Shown here in pieces: positions 18,993-28,861 of a stretch of DNA of 44,281 bases; within the stretch, counting starts at the first letter, position 1; every line of letters begins with the position of its first letter. The stretch spans positions 1 to 44,281 of the forward strand of contig SEAL01000020.1 of NCBI GenBank assembly GCA_004145215.1. The letters are read 5' to 3'. This DNA comes from Chloroflexota bacterium (GTDB lineage Bacteria; Patescibacteriota; Saccharimonadia; Saccharimonadales; Saccharimonadaceae). The translations under genes and the position numbers were made by a program. The notes under the pieces are model-generated. The model was not told the DNA's origin, searched no databases, and worked only from the letters and a program-made list of their open reading frames with translations.

Positions 18993-20771
18993 ATGATTAT
19001 TAAAAATCAATTGAAAAACACCGTTACGATTAAAAAGACGCTCAAGTTATACACTTCCATTATTTTAAAGGGGTGGCGCTTTACCCTGCCTGTCACGGTT
19101 GCTGTCGCAGTTGGTAGTACGCTCATATTTTATATTCCACCGCTCATCATCGCCAGCATGATCAACTCGACTGATTCGCCGGTTAATCTGCAGACCGCAT
19201 GGCCGCTTGTCGCTCTGTTTGGCGCAGCATGGCTAATCGGCGAGGGCTTGTGGCGCCTAGCGATGTATCTCATGATTCGATTTGAATCAGGGGTCATTGA
19301 AAAGCTATATAAATCATCCTTAGACGTCCTACTGCAAAAAGAAATTTCATTTTATTCAAACCAATTCACCGGCACTATCACAAAAAACCTACTCGCCTAT
19401 GCACGCCGATTTGAAACCTTTTTCGACACGATCGTTTTTGAAGTGATATCACAATTAGTACCGGCGTTATTTGCGGCCGTCATATTATGGTTTATATCAC
19501 CATGGCTATCGATTGGTCTATTCGCTATGGTCACATTTGGAGCAATCGTTGTCGTTCCATTGATTAAGCGCCGCTTGGCATTAGTAAAAGATCGCGAAGA
19601 CGCTCATTCAATAATGGCTGGCCATGTATCGGATGTCGTCAGCAATATCAGTGCAATCAAATCATTTGGCGCCGAAGACCAAGAACATGAAACGCACAAG
19701 AAATTAACTGACAGTTTTCTGACAAAAGCAAAACGCAGTTGGCACTACCAGAATAGTCATATCGACATGGCCGTATCACCTATTTATGTTGCGACGAATG
19801 TTCTTGGTCTCGCTATCATCCTCAGCCTGGGTGTCGATCCAGCGACAAAAGCCACACTGTTCATCGGGTATAGCTATTATGCGAACGTCACGAGATTCAT
19901 GTGGTCATTTAGTAGTGTCTATCGACGACTCGAAGAAGCGGTCACCGACGCATCACTGTTCGTTGAGTACACACTCCAGCAGCCAAAGATTCTCGATTCG
20001 CCTAGCGCGTCAGCTCTAGCGATTAACCGCGGAGCAATTTCATTTGCGAATGTTGGTTTCACGCACGGAGAAAAAACCGATCCACTATTTCATGGGTTTT
20101 CACTTGATATTACAAATGGACAAAAAATTGGACTGGTCGGTCACTCTGGCGCAGGTAAATCGACGATATCTTCGCTGCTACTTCGATTTATGGATATCGA
20201 TAGCGGCAAAATTGCCATAGATGGTCAGGATATTTCCCAAGTCACACAAAAAAGCCTTCATCAGTCGATCGCCTATGTCCCGCAAGAACCATTGCTATTC
20301 CATCGCAGTTTGCGTGAAAATATCGCCTACGGAAAACCGGACGCAACTGACCAAGAAATCACTGACGCCGCCATAAAAGCAAATGCCTACGAGTTTATTA
20401 AAACGCTGCCAAAAGGTTACGACACCCTGGTTGGCGAACGTGGCGTAAAATTAAGTGGCGGACAGCGCCAGCGTATTGCAATAGCTCGCGCGATACTAAA
20501 AGACGCTCCAATATTAGTGCTCGATGAAGCAACAAGCGCCCTCGATAGTGAATCCGAAAAGCTAATCCAAGATGCACTCGAAAAGCTAATGAAAGGTCGT
20601 ACCAGTATCGTTATAGCTCACCGTTTATCGACAATTGCAAAACTGGATCGGATCATTGTCCTAGACAACGGTTCGATTATCGAAGACGGCACACATAGTG
20701 AACTTCTACACAAAAAGGGAACCTATGCATCACTCTGGTCACACCAAAGTGGCGGATTTATCGAAGAGTAG
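18993..20771 (+). CDS. ABC transporter, fused permease/ATP-binding protein (MsbA/exporter type)
   Basis: 592 aa: six-TM domain plus NBD with Walker A GHSGAGKST, signature LSGGQRQR, Walker B ILVLDEATSALD and an H-loop. RBS is GAAAGGAA. Confidence 0.9.
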   Translation: MIIKNQLKNTVTIKKTLKLYTSIILKGWRFTLPVTVAVAVGSTLIFYIPPLIIASMINSTDSPVNLQTAWPLVALFGAAWLIGEGLWRLAMYLMIRFESGVIEKLYKSSLDVLLQKEISFYSNQFTGTITKNLLAYARRFETFFDTIVFEVISQLVPALFAAVILWFISPWLSIGLFAMVTFGAIVVVPLIKRRLALVKDREDAHSIMAGHVSDVVSNISAIKSFGAEDQEHETHKKLTDSFLTKAKRSWHYQNSHIDMAVSPIYVATNVLGLAIILSLGVDPATKATLFIGYSYYANVTRFMWSFSSVYRRLEEAVTDASLFVEYTLQQPKILDSPSASALAINRGAISFANVGFTHGEKTDPLFHGFSLDITNGQKIGLVGHSGAGKSTISSLLLRFMDIDSGKIAIDGQDISQVTQKSLHQSIAYVPQEPLLFHRSLRENIAYGKPDATDQEITDAAIKANAYEFIKTLPKGYDTLVGERGVKLSGGQRQRIAIARAILKDAPILVLDEATSALDSESEKLIQDALEKLMKGRTSIVIAHRLSTIAKLDRIIVLDNGSIIEDGTHSELLHKKGTYASLWSHQSGGFIEE

Positions 20772-20915
20772 CAGCGGATCATCGAGACTATTGAATAATG
20801 TCTTTCACCGTTTTGGTTGACCAAGCGTATAAAATAGATAGCTTTATTCGTATCACCCGACACGAAACGCCGACGGCGGAGCACGGCGCACATACTAGCA
20901 GCGAGGTGTGTACTC

Positions 20916-21398
20916 GTGAAGATTCGGAACCCAGAAAGTTACGGTCGAAAACAAGCATCTGTCAAAGCAAAACGCGAGATCAGCGTAGAGCGCGCAATTG
21001 GAACAATCGAGATACTCGTCAATGCGAAAGCCTATTACGGCCCCAGCCGATCCGACATAGCATGGTCACTTCGACAGGCAGGATCACTCGGCAAGCAGGA
21101 TCGCAACAAAAAGCGTTATGACGCCTTCACCAAGTTTTCGGAAGAAGTCCTGGATGTTGCGATTAACAGAAAGCTTGTCGTCGTCGAGAAATGCGCAAGC
21201 GGATTGAAGATCTCGCCGAACAAAAAGTCGACGGTTCCACTGAAGACAATTCGAAAGTACGAGAACGTCAAATACCCCGAGACAATCTTGGACACGACCA
21301 AATTGGATCCCGTCGACCTGATTTGCAACCTGACATCTGGTCGCTACACTCACCTGAGAGGATCATCGTCACTCCGCGAATTAACCAACCACACCTAG
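20916..21398 (+). CDS. Hypothetical protein (possible wHTH DNA-binding), GTG start
   Basis: 160-aa ORF with GAGGTG 7 nt upstream of the GTG. Followed by a strong terminator. No family recognised. Confidence 0.5.
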   Translation: MKIRNPESYGRKQASVKAKREISVERAIGTIEILVNAKAYYGPSRSDIAWSLRQAGSLGKQDRNKKRYDAFTKFSEEVLDVAINRKLVVVEKCASGLKISPNKKSTVPLKTIRKYENVKYPETILDTTKLDPVDLICNLTSGRYTHLRGSSSLRELTNHT

Positions 21399-21407
21399 CC
21401 GCTCAAA

Positions 21408-21451
21408 GGCCGAAACTGACAGACATTGTCGTCCGTCAGTTTCGGCCTTTT
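21408..21451 (+). terminator. Intrinsic terminator
   Basis: 13-bp perfect stem GGCCGAAACTGAC / GTCAGTTTCGGCC followed by TTTT, starting 10 nt after the ORF stop. Confidence 0.75.
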
Positions 21452-21484
21452 CGAATCCAAGTCAAAAAACGTAACTGCATATAG

Positions 21485-21513
21485 TTGCACTTTGTATAAA
21501 AATGGCATTTAAT
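21485..21513 (+). promoter_or_regulatory. Putative sigma70-like promoter for the 214-aa ORF
   Basis: TTGCAC (21485-90), 17 nt, TTTAAT (21508-13). An alternative extended -10, TGTATAAA, lies nearby. Confidence 0.4.
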
Positions 21514-21592
21514 GAATGCATCGCCATTGATCAAAGACAGTGATGGGCAAAATCCCATGTAAGCGATACGTTCCTCAGAAGTTAGGAGTAGT

Positions 21593-22237
21593 ATGCCTGC
21601 AATATACGACGAGTTAGGTAGAGTCGCCTACGTCGAGGAGGATATGTTCTTTCCAGAACACCCCTCAGACTTTCTGAATCCGCAGACCTACACAGAGCGT
21701 TTACTTGAGGCTCGCCGTAGAGTTCTTGAGATAATCCGCTTTTTGGATCAAAATCACTCTGATCGTGGGCTCAACCATCAGGTCCGTTGCGCTGACGGTA
21801 CGCTAAATACCTTCACCAACTTCATCGACAAGCACGATGGTCGCAAATCAAAACGCGTACGAAAACAAGGTCACAGTAAAAGGGTGCGAAGTTTCGGAGG
21901 ATTCAGAGTAAAGTCTCCTCAAAACCTGCGGAATCGTCGGCGCAGCCTTTTTTCGTTAGACGACGTGCCAGTCTTGTTTTTCGATGAGTATGCGCGCAAC
22001 AGTCGAGTCTACGAACATTTCATCGACCTAATGCGATGGCATCTCTTGCGCGAGGCTATCAGGCAGATGATAGACGAACACGAGATAGAGCTCCTGAACG
22101 GGATCTGGCACGTGAAGGTAACAGTTCTCGATATTCATCGAGGCTGCGGAAAACGAAGCAAGAAGGCGTCCATCAAGCGAGATGATCGCTCATACCACGG
22201 GCGTCCAAATCGTGATCGCGGACGTACTGCTGCGTAA
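21593..22237 (+). CDS. Hypothetical, highly basic (Arg/Lys-rich) protein
   Basis: 214-aa ORF with TAGGAG RBS 5 nt upstream. Basic tracts GRKSKRVRKQGHSKRVRSFGG and HGRPNRDRGRTAA. No family recognised. Confidence 0.55.
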   Translation: MPAIYDELGRVAYVEEDMFFPEHPSDFLNPQTYTERLLEARRRVLEIIRFLDQNHSDRGLNHQVRCADGTLNTFTNFIDKHDGRKSKRVRKQGHSKRVRSFGGFRVKSPQNLRNRRRSLFSLDDVPVLFFDEYARNSRVYEHFIDLMRWHLLREAIRQMIDEHEIELLNGIWHVKVTVLDIHRGCGKRSKKASIKRDDRSYHGRPNRDRGRTAA

Positions 22238-22344
22238 CTTATTCGGTAAAGAGTGGTGCAAAAAGAGCAGATGAAAGTGATGCCGTTAAGGTTGATTCTA
22301 CTGCCAACACCGTTCTTTACCGGAAAGAATTAGCTATTATTATG

Positions 22345-22372
22345 TAAAAAACACCGCACTTTCGTACGGTGT
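22345..22372 (-). terminator. Intrinsic terminator of rplY
   Basis: On the minus strand, ACACCGUAC-GAAA-GUGCGGUGU (9 bp including one G-U, GNRA loop) is followed by UUUUUU. On the plus strand the G-U becomes a C-A mismatch, which fixes the orientation. Confidence 0.75.
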
Positions 22373-22394
22373 CTTTATATAGTGAACGCGTGGG

Positions 22395-23129
22395 CTATTT
22401 ATTAGCGTCGACGTTCGACTGCTTTGGCTCATCCTGAGATTTGCCGCCAGGTTTCGTTTCCTCTGCCTGTGAAGTCTGGTCAGTGTCACCACCGTTTTCA
22501 GCGGCAACGTCACCTTCGTCAAGAGTAGCATCACCACCAGCTGCATCGTTAGCGGCTTGCAATGCGCCTGGTTCATAGACATTCGCCACAACCAATGTCG
22601 TATCTTGCTCGATGTCGTCATATTCAACACCAGTCGGCAATGTGATGTCAGCAAGTGTCAGCTTGTCTTCGTCAGACGCGAGCCCTGCAACTGACAATTC
22701 CAAAGATTCTGGTAGGTCAGCTGGCTTTGCTTTTACCTGAATATGCTCAATCGCCTGCAATACAACCAGCCCAGCTTTTTCAGCTTCGCTTTCACCCAAT
22801 CCCGTCAAGTGGATTGGCACTTCAGTCGTAATAATCTCATTCTGTTTAATCGTATGGAATGCGATATGTCGAATGTGATGCTTTACTGGGTGAATATCAA
22901 TCGATTTGATAATAGCCAATTTCTTCTTGCCATCAATTGTGATTGTGACAGGCGAATGCTTGCCAGCTGCCTGAGCAACCTTCGTCGTTTCAATTACCGG
23001 TGATTGCGTTGCAATAGGGTCAGCGTGACCTCCATAAACAACACTAGGTACTAATCCGTCAGCACGTAATTTTGCAACGTGTTTACCAGCGGCCGTTCGT
23101 TCATTAAGAGTTAATGCGATGTTCGTCAT
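22395..23129 (-). CDS. rplY: 50S ribosomal protein L25 / general stress protein Ctc (long form)
   Basis: The N-terminus LNERTAAGKHVAKLRADGLVPSVVYGG and the two-domain Ctc architecture match, followed by an acidic/low-complexity tail. RBS is AAGGAG. Confidence 0.9.
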   Translation of the reverse strand: MTNIALTLNERTAAGKHVAKLRADGLVPSVVYGGHADPIATQSPVIETTKVAQAAGKHSPVTITIDGKKKLAIIKSIDIHPVKHHIRHIAFHTIKQNEIITTEVPIHLTGLGESEAEKAGLVVLQAIEHIQVKAKPADLPESLELSVAGLASDEDKLTLADITLPTGVEYDDIEQDTTLVVANVYEPGALQAANDAAGGDATLDEGDVAAENGGDTDQTSQAEETKPGGKSQDEPKQSNVDANK

Positions 23130-23238
23130 TGTGTCTCCTTAGTCGTTACGTATCTACAGTCAATTTGGTAGTACCATTTCATTGTAGCATTTATAGGCTT
23201 TTCATATTGTAAGATACTTCACATGCTAGAATAGATAT

Positions 23239-23967
23239 ATGACTGATCTGCTACTCTCTTCATTTAGCCTATTTGGAATTCCTGGGCTCGATTTTTTGAA
23301 CCCTGTTGAATTAATTCGATTACTTGGTACAGCTGCCGTATTCGCGATACCGTTAATCATCTTTGCCGAAAGCGGATTATTAATTGGGTTCTTTTTACCT
23401 GGCGATAGCCTGTTATTTACTGCAGGCTTTTTGGTACAGACTGGAGTTATTCCAATCAACATTCATCTATTCGTCCTAATGCTATTCGTCGCTGCCGTTG
23501 TCGGTGATAATGTTGGCTACTATTTCGGTAAAAAAGTTGGCCGCAAAGTATTTGACAAACCTGATTCTCGTATATTCAAGCAAAAATACCTATTAAAGGC
23601 AGAAGAATTTTACAAAGAACACGGCGCAAAAACAATTATTATTGCTAGGTTCATCCCAGTCGTGCGTACATTTGCTCCGATCGTCGCTGGAACAGCTCAT
23701 ATGCATTATCGTACATTCTTTACCTATAACATTATCGGTGGCCTATTATGGACAGCCGGTATTACATATATCGGATATATCCTAGGTGAAGGATTGACCC
23801 GTATTGGCCTGGATATTGATCAAGTCATCCTACCTATCGTCGCAATCATTATCCTAATTTCGATCTTGCCACCAATTATCCATGTTCTGCGCGACAAACA
23901 ACAACGCGAAGCAATCTTTGCCGCTTCGAATCGACAGCTAGACGTATTACTTCGTCGCAAAAAATAA
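23239..23967 (+). CDS. DedA / VTT-domain family membrane protein
   Basis: Motifs FAESGLLIGFFLPGDSLLFTAG and IIIARFIPVVRTFAPIVAG are characteristic of DedA. Confidence 0.85.
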   Translation: MTDLLLSSFSLFGIPGLDFLNPVELIRLLGTAAVFAIPLIIFAESGLLIGFFLPGDSLLFTAGFLVQTGVIPINIHLFVLMLFVAAVVGDNVGYYFGKKVGRKVFDKPDSRIFKQKYLLKAEEFYKEHGAKTIIIARFIPVVRTFAPIVAGTAHMHYRTFFTYNIIGGLLWTAGITYIGYILGEGLTRIGLDIDQVILPIVAIIILISILPPIIHVLRDKQQREAIFAASNRQLDVLLRRKK

Positions 23968-23979
23968 TTGATTTAGTAA

Positions 23980-24540
23980 TTATGAATTAGTGCCGGCCAG
24001 CACATACGCTGGCGGAACATTTCGCCATTCGCGAGAAATAACAATTTGATTAAAATATTCGTCAAGCAGGCCTTTTTTGAGTAGCGTGTATTGAAACGTA
24101 ATGAATGTTCCGTCAGTACCTAGAATGTTCTTGGCGCGGTCGAGGATTGCACGCGATTGCTTGTCCGGCAGAGACGCAAACGGCAACCCTGACACGATGT
24201 AATCTACCTTTTGTGGCAGGCCGTATTGTTTCAATATACCGTCAACATCTTCGGCAGTACCATTGTAGATATAGACACCTTGTTCATCTCGGTATTTAGA
24301 TACCAGCGTTTCGTAAAAGCTTTCGTTGTATTCTATCAGCACAACAATCGTTTTATCGTTGCGCCGTTGGAGTATCTCTGATGTAAAACTTCCTGTGCCA
24401 GGCCCAAATTGCACTATCACCCTCGCATCAGTAAAATTGATCGGAAGCACCATTTTTCGTGCCAAGTGTGGCGAGCTAGGCGCGACCGCACCGACTGTTC
24501 GCAGATTTTTAATATACTGCGTAAAAAATTGCGTGTTCAT
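23980..24540 (-). CDS. Class I SAM-dependent methyltransferase (COG3963-like)
   Basis: 186 aa. GAVAPSSPHLARKM plus the SAM motif I VIVQFGPGTGSFT. Confidence 0.6.
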   Translation of the reverse strand: MNTQFFTQYIKNLRTVGAVAPSSPHLARKMVLPINFTDARVIVQFGPGTGSFTSEILQRRNDKTIVVLIEYNESFYETLVSKYRDEQGVYIYNGTAEDVDGILKQYGLPQKVDYIVSGLPFASLPDKQSRAILDRAKNILGTDGTFITFQYTLLKKGLLDEYFNQIVISREWRNVPPAYVLAGTNS

Positions 24541-24544
24541 CGAA

Positions 24545-27163
24545 TTACAAAAGTGACTTTAGGTATTTACCAGTGAACGATGCTTTCACCTTTGCGATAT
24601 CTTCGGGAGTACCGGTTGCAACGACGGTACCACCGCCCATTCCACCTTCGGGACCCATATCAATAACATGATCGGCAGTTTTGATAACGTCCAGGTTATG
24701 TTCGATGATCACCATACTATTACCGCCTTCGACGAGTTTTTGCAAAATACCAACTAGGCGCTTCACGTCAGCGCTATGCAAACCTGTGGTTGGGACGGTC
24801 ATTTCTAGCACGTCACTAATAGTTTTTTCTTTATATTTAATCTCTAAGGCTTCGCGGTTGTAGCGCTTTCCCTGGCAAACATCACAAGTAACATACACGT
24901 CAGGCAAAAAGTGCATTTCGATTTTGATGACACCATCACCCTGACAGTTCTCGCAGCGACCGCCTTTGACGTTAAAACTAAATCGTCCAGCTTTGTAGCC
25001 ACGAACATTCGCTTCGGTCGTTCCAGCAAACAATTCACGAATCGGCGTGAATACGCCGGTATACGTTGCAGGGTTAGATCGTGGTGTTCGTCCAATTGCC
25101 GATTGGTCGATTACAATAGCCTTGTCAAGGTGTTCAATACCCTCTAGGTTGTCATGCGATCCCGGTACGGCCTGTGAACGATGTAAACGGGCAGAGAGTT
25201 CTTTTGCTAGAATATCGTTCACTAGCGTCGATTTACCGCTACCGCTGACGCCGCTGACGACGGTAATGACACCAAGCGGGATATCAACATCAATACCCTT
25301 TAGATTATTTTCGCGAGCGCCCATGATCGTCAACTTCTTGTCTTTTTGAATGACGCGGCGCTTTTTTGGAACATCAATTTTTTCAGTTCCCGCCAAATAG
25401 CGGCCAGTGACGCTATTTTTATCTTTGGCAACTTCTGCAGGCGTTCCTGCTGATACGATCGTACCGCCAGCCACACCCGCGCCAGGCCCGACATCGAGCA
25501 GATAATCCGCTTCGCGAATCGTATCTTCGTCATGTTCGACGACAAGGACAGTGTTGCCTAGATCACGAAGACGCTTTAACGTTCCGATCAACCGATCGTT
25601 ATCGCGTTGATGCAGTCCGATCGATGGTTCGTCGAGGACATACAACACACCCTGTAGTCCAGATCCGATCTGTGTTGCCAAACGAATTCGCTGCGCCTCA
25701 CCACCCGATAGCGTATTAGCTGCGCGTGCCAATTCCAGGTAGTTCAATCCAACGTTGCTCATGAACGTTAAACGAGCAGTAATTTCTTTCATAATCTGCG
25801 CCGCGATAAACGTTTCTTGTTCGGTCAGCTTGAGGTTGTTCTGGAATAGATCCAGCGCGTCATCGACACCCAGGCTACATATATCCATGATGCTCATTCC
25901 ATGCACAGTGATAGCCAAAATAACGGGCTTTAGGCGCATTCCTTTACAGGCATGACATTTACGATTACGCATAAAGCGCTCGATGTCTTTTCGCATAAAT
26001 TCACTGTCAGTTTCTTTGTGACGGCGTTCCAAATTAGGAACGACACCTTCGTAGACAGATTCGTAGTTACGGCCACTGCCCAGATTGACAGAATATTTCT
26101 GCTTTCCAGTTCCATAGAGTACTTTATCCAAATCGTCTGACGACAATTCACCAACAGGGACATGCATACTAAACCCATGCGCATTACCGACCGACGTCAG
26201 GCGCTTCATATACCACGCATCGCTGTTGACGCGGTTGTACGGGCGAATCGCACCTTCGGCAATCGTAAGGTTGGGATTAAACACTAGATCGGGATCAACC
26301 TCTAATCGACTCCCCAGCCCTGTACAGACCGGACAGGCACCTTGCGGCGCGTTAAAGCTAAAGATTCGCGGTTCTAGTTCGGGAATTTCGATATCAGGGT
26401 TATCGAGCGAGGCGTAGCGTTGACTCAGTGTCTGCACTTCGTCGGTTTCGGCGTTCAGAACACACAATATACCCCCGCCGATTTCAAGCGCCTGTTCGAC
26501 AGATTGAGCAACGCGTGTCCGCATATCGTCAGCCATAGCGATACGGTCAACAACAACTTCGATTGAGTGACGATCATTTTTGCGAAGCGTCGGAAATTCG
26601 TCTAGCGCATAGATAACTCCATCAACACGAGCACGAGCAAACCCTAAACGGCGATACTGCTCGGGAACATGAGCAAACTCGCCCTTTTTATCAATAGCGA
26701 TTGGTGCCAGCAGCATAATGCGCGTTCCGGCTTCGGTTTTCATAACTTCATTAATGATGTCATCGCGCGTTCGCTTGGTCACTTCGCGGCCAGTGATCGG
26801 ATCATGTGGCACACCGATACGCGCAAACAACAAGCGCATATAATCATAGATTTCCGTGACCGTCGCCACCGTACTGCGGGGGTTACGGCTGGTTGATTTT
26901 TGATCGATAGAAATCGCCGGACTCAGACCGTCAATCGAATCGACATCAGGTTTGTCCATGATACCCAAAAACTGCCGAGCATAACTCGACAAACTTTCGA
27001 CGTATCGTCGCTGGCCTTCGGCGTAAATAGTATCGAATGCCAGTGATGATTTGCCCGAACCAGATAGTCCGGTAATGACCACTAATTTATCACGTGGAAT
27101 ATCAACGTCCACGTTTTTTAGATTATGCTCCCTCGCACCTCGCACATGAATATGTCCTGCCAT
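24545..27163 (-). CDS. uvrA: Excinuclease ABC subunit A, carrying an internal in-frame deletion in NBD-II
   Basis: 872 aa. NBD-I is intact ([33 protein letters not shown]). NBD-II has Walker A (GVSGSGKST) but reads ...ISDVLEMTV|[10 protein letters not shown]..., so it lacks its signature and Walker B. Confidence 0.9.
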   Translation of the reverse strand: MAGHIHVRGAREHNLKNVDVDIPRDKLVVITGLSGSGKSSLAFDTIYAEGQRRYVESLSSYARQFLGIMDKPDVDSIDGLSPAISIDQKSTSRNPRSTVATVTEIYDYMRLLFARIGVPHDPITGREVTKRTRDDIINEVMKTEAGTRIMLLAPIAIDKKGEFAHVPEQYRRLGFARARVDGVIYALDEFPTLRKNDRHSIEVVVDRIAMADDMRTRVAQSVEQALEIGGGILCVLNAETDEVQTLSQRYASLDNPDIEIPELEPRIFSFNAPQGACPVCTGLGSRLEVDPDLVFNPNLTIAEGAIRPYNRVNSDAWYMKRLTSVGNAHGFSMHVPVGELSSDDLDKVLYGTGKQKYSVNLGSGRNYESVYEGVVPNLERRHKETDSEFMRKDIERFMRNRKCHACKGMRLKPVILAITVHGMSIMDICSLGVDDALDLFQNNLKLTEQETFIAAQIMKEITARLTFMSNVGLNYLELARAANTLSGGEAQRIRLATQIGSGLQGVLYVLDEPSIGLHQRDNDRLIGTLKRLRDLGNTVLVVEHDEDTIREADYLLDVGPGAGVAGGTIVSAGTPAEVAKDKNSVTGRYLAGTEKIDVPKKRRVIQKDKKLTIMGARENNLKGIDVDIPLGVITVVSGVSGSGKSTLVNDILAKELSARLHRSQAVPGSHDNLEGIEHLDKAIVIDQSAIGRTPRSNPATYTGVFTPIRELFAGTTEANVRGYKAGRFSFNVKGGRCENCQGDGVIKIEMHFLPDVYVTCDVCQGKRYNREALEIKYKEKTISDVLEMTVPTTGLHSADVKRLVGILQKLVEGGNSMVIIEHNLDVIKTADHVIDMGPEGGMGGGTVVATGTPEDIAKVKASFTGKYLKSLL

Positions 27164-27410
27164 AGAGATATATTATACCACGATTTGACCTCTTTATGAC
27201 AGTCCACGTGAACGAGAATAGTACTACTTTGAACATAACAAAAATGAGTTTTCGACTGGTGTTAATTTTACCTCTTGATCGATCGTGCTTATCGTTGCAT
27301 AGCATGACTGACGTTGTTACAATTCACCATAAGTTAATCAGTTTTTGAAGGAGCGAGCGTGAAGCGATTCGTATTATTTGTCATAACCATCTTTACCGCT
27401 TTAGCCAGAT

Positions 27411-28847
27411 CTAATCCATCGTATCTTGATTACTCGTGTCGATTGGTGCAATCGACTCCAACCACAACTGCAGTTCTTGTAGTACGAATTGTTTATTATC
27501 ATCCATTTCCGAACCGGCAAGTTTTTGTAAAGACGTCATAAACGCTGGTAATTGGCCCCGAATGCGATCGGTGCGCCACTGCTCCCATTCAAGTGATTCG
27601 GACTGCGAGAGTGTTTTCGGAAAATTGCGCGCTTTGTAATGCAGGAGTAATGGCGCTAACCGCTCATCAGAAAATTGCGGTGTAAAATCAGCGAGTTCGC
27701 GTTCGGTTGCGTTTCGAACAGTTTCGATGCGCAATTTGTCTCGGTCGCCAACGAATCCATCATACAGCTGCGCTTCCGGTTGCGTACTTTTAGCGAATTC
27801 CGGACGAGATTCAACTACAGATCGAATGTTTTCTGCAAAATGTGGCGATGCCAGTAGGATGTTTCGATGTGATTCAATTGTTTGCGGATCGAGTAACAGT
27901 CGTTTCCAGCCATCAGCTTGTTCCAGTACGCCTAACGGTGCTACGGCTGGTGCGCGGTTGAACTGCAGTTCTTTGACGGGGACTTTGACAAATCCTTCTT
28001 TGCTTCGCTCTTCCCAAGTAGCAAATAATTTTTTCTTTAATTCATCCTGCGACAAATTAATTAGCGGAGTCGGGTCGTATCGTAGATCATAGACGACAAC
28101 GTTGCCATTTCGTCCACTCGTCAGTGGAAATGCGACGGTCGTTTTATCATGTTCAGCATCGTAGCGACCGCTAGTATAAACAAATGGTTTCTTGTCATCC
28201 AAACTAACCAGTTTCTGAACCTCTTTTTTGCTGCGCATCTTTAGTAGGTAATCATACAACTGCGGCTGTTTTTGCTTGATTAATTTCGTGACAGCAATCA
28301 GCGCTTCAACATCGCTGAGCGCGTCGTGCGCTTTAAAATGATCGATGTCATTTTGTTTCGTCAATAATTCTAGTCGATTACTGGCTTTGCCATCAATAAC
28401 TGGCCAGACGATGCCATCCGGACGTAGCGCTCGCGTCATACGAACGACATCTAGCAAATCCCAGCGACTGGTGCCGTTTTTCCAGCACCATTCGTATGGA
28501 TCGTAAAATGTTCGCCAGAATAGATGTCGCACAAATTCATCGTCGAACCGCACGTTGTTGAACCCAACGGCAATCGTATCGTCGATAAAAATTTCTTCAC
28601 ATAATAATTTTGCAAACTGTGCTTCGGTATACCCATCAGTTACTGTTTGCTGTGGAGTGATACCGGTCACCATCAACGCCTCGGGGCTCGGTAACGTATC
28701 ATCGTTGAGCGCCACTAGCACATTATATGGTTCGCCGATCGGATTTAAATCCATATCCGTGCGAATGCCAGCAAATTGCATGATGCGATCGTCCCGTGCG
28801 CTCAGGCCGCTGGTCTCTAGGTCATAAAAAAAGAATGTCTGTGCCAT
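27411..28847 (-). CDS. sbcB: Exodeoxyribonuclease I
   Basis: 478 aa. The DEDDh exonuclease N-terminus FFFYDLETSGL...IMQFAGIRTD, the HDALSDVEA motif and the length all match ExoI. Confidence 0.9.
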   Translation of the reverse strand: MAQTFFFYDLETSGLSARDDRIMQFAGIRTDMDLNPIGEPYNVLVALNDDTLPSPEALMVTGITPQQTVTDGYTEAQFAKLLCEEIFIDDTIAVGFNNVRFDDEFVRHLFWRTFYDPYEWCWKNGTSRWDLLDVVRMTRALRPDGIVWPVIDGKASNRLELLTKQNDIDHFKAHDALSDVEALIAVTKLIKQKQPQLYDYLLKMRSKKEVQKLVSLDDKKPFVYTSGRYDAEHDKTTVAFPLTSGRNGNVVVYDLRYDPTPLINLSQDELKKKLFATWEERSKEGFVKVPVKELQFNRAPAVAPLGVLEQADGWKRLLLDPQTIESHRNILLASPHFAENIRSVVESRPEFAKSTQPEAQLYDGFVGDRDKLRIETVRNATERELADFTPQFSDERLAPLLLHYKARNFPKTLSQSESLEWEQWRTDRIRGQLPAFMTSLQKLAGSEMDDNKQFVLQELQLWLESIAPIDTSNQDTMD

Positions 28848-28861
28848 TACCTCTATAATAC

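Noticed and set aside
20798-21121. 107-aa ORF overlapping the 160-aa ORF in another frame
   Set aside because: No SD. It overlaps a better-supported ORF that has both an SD and a terminator, and its composition is extremely basic and low-complexity.
20806-22314. CACCGTT at both edges of the orphan islet (20806-12 and 22308-14), considered as att-like direct repeats
   Set aside because: Only 7 nt match, which is expected by chance, and there is no integrase or tRNA target.
22340-22654. 104-aa minus-strand ORF overlapping the 3' part of rplY
   Set aside because: It is in an alternative frame of the confidently identified L25/Ctc gene and extends through that gene's terminator.
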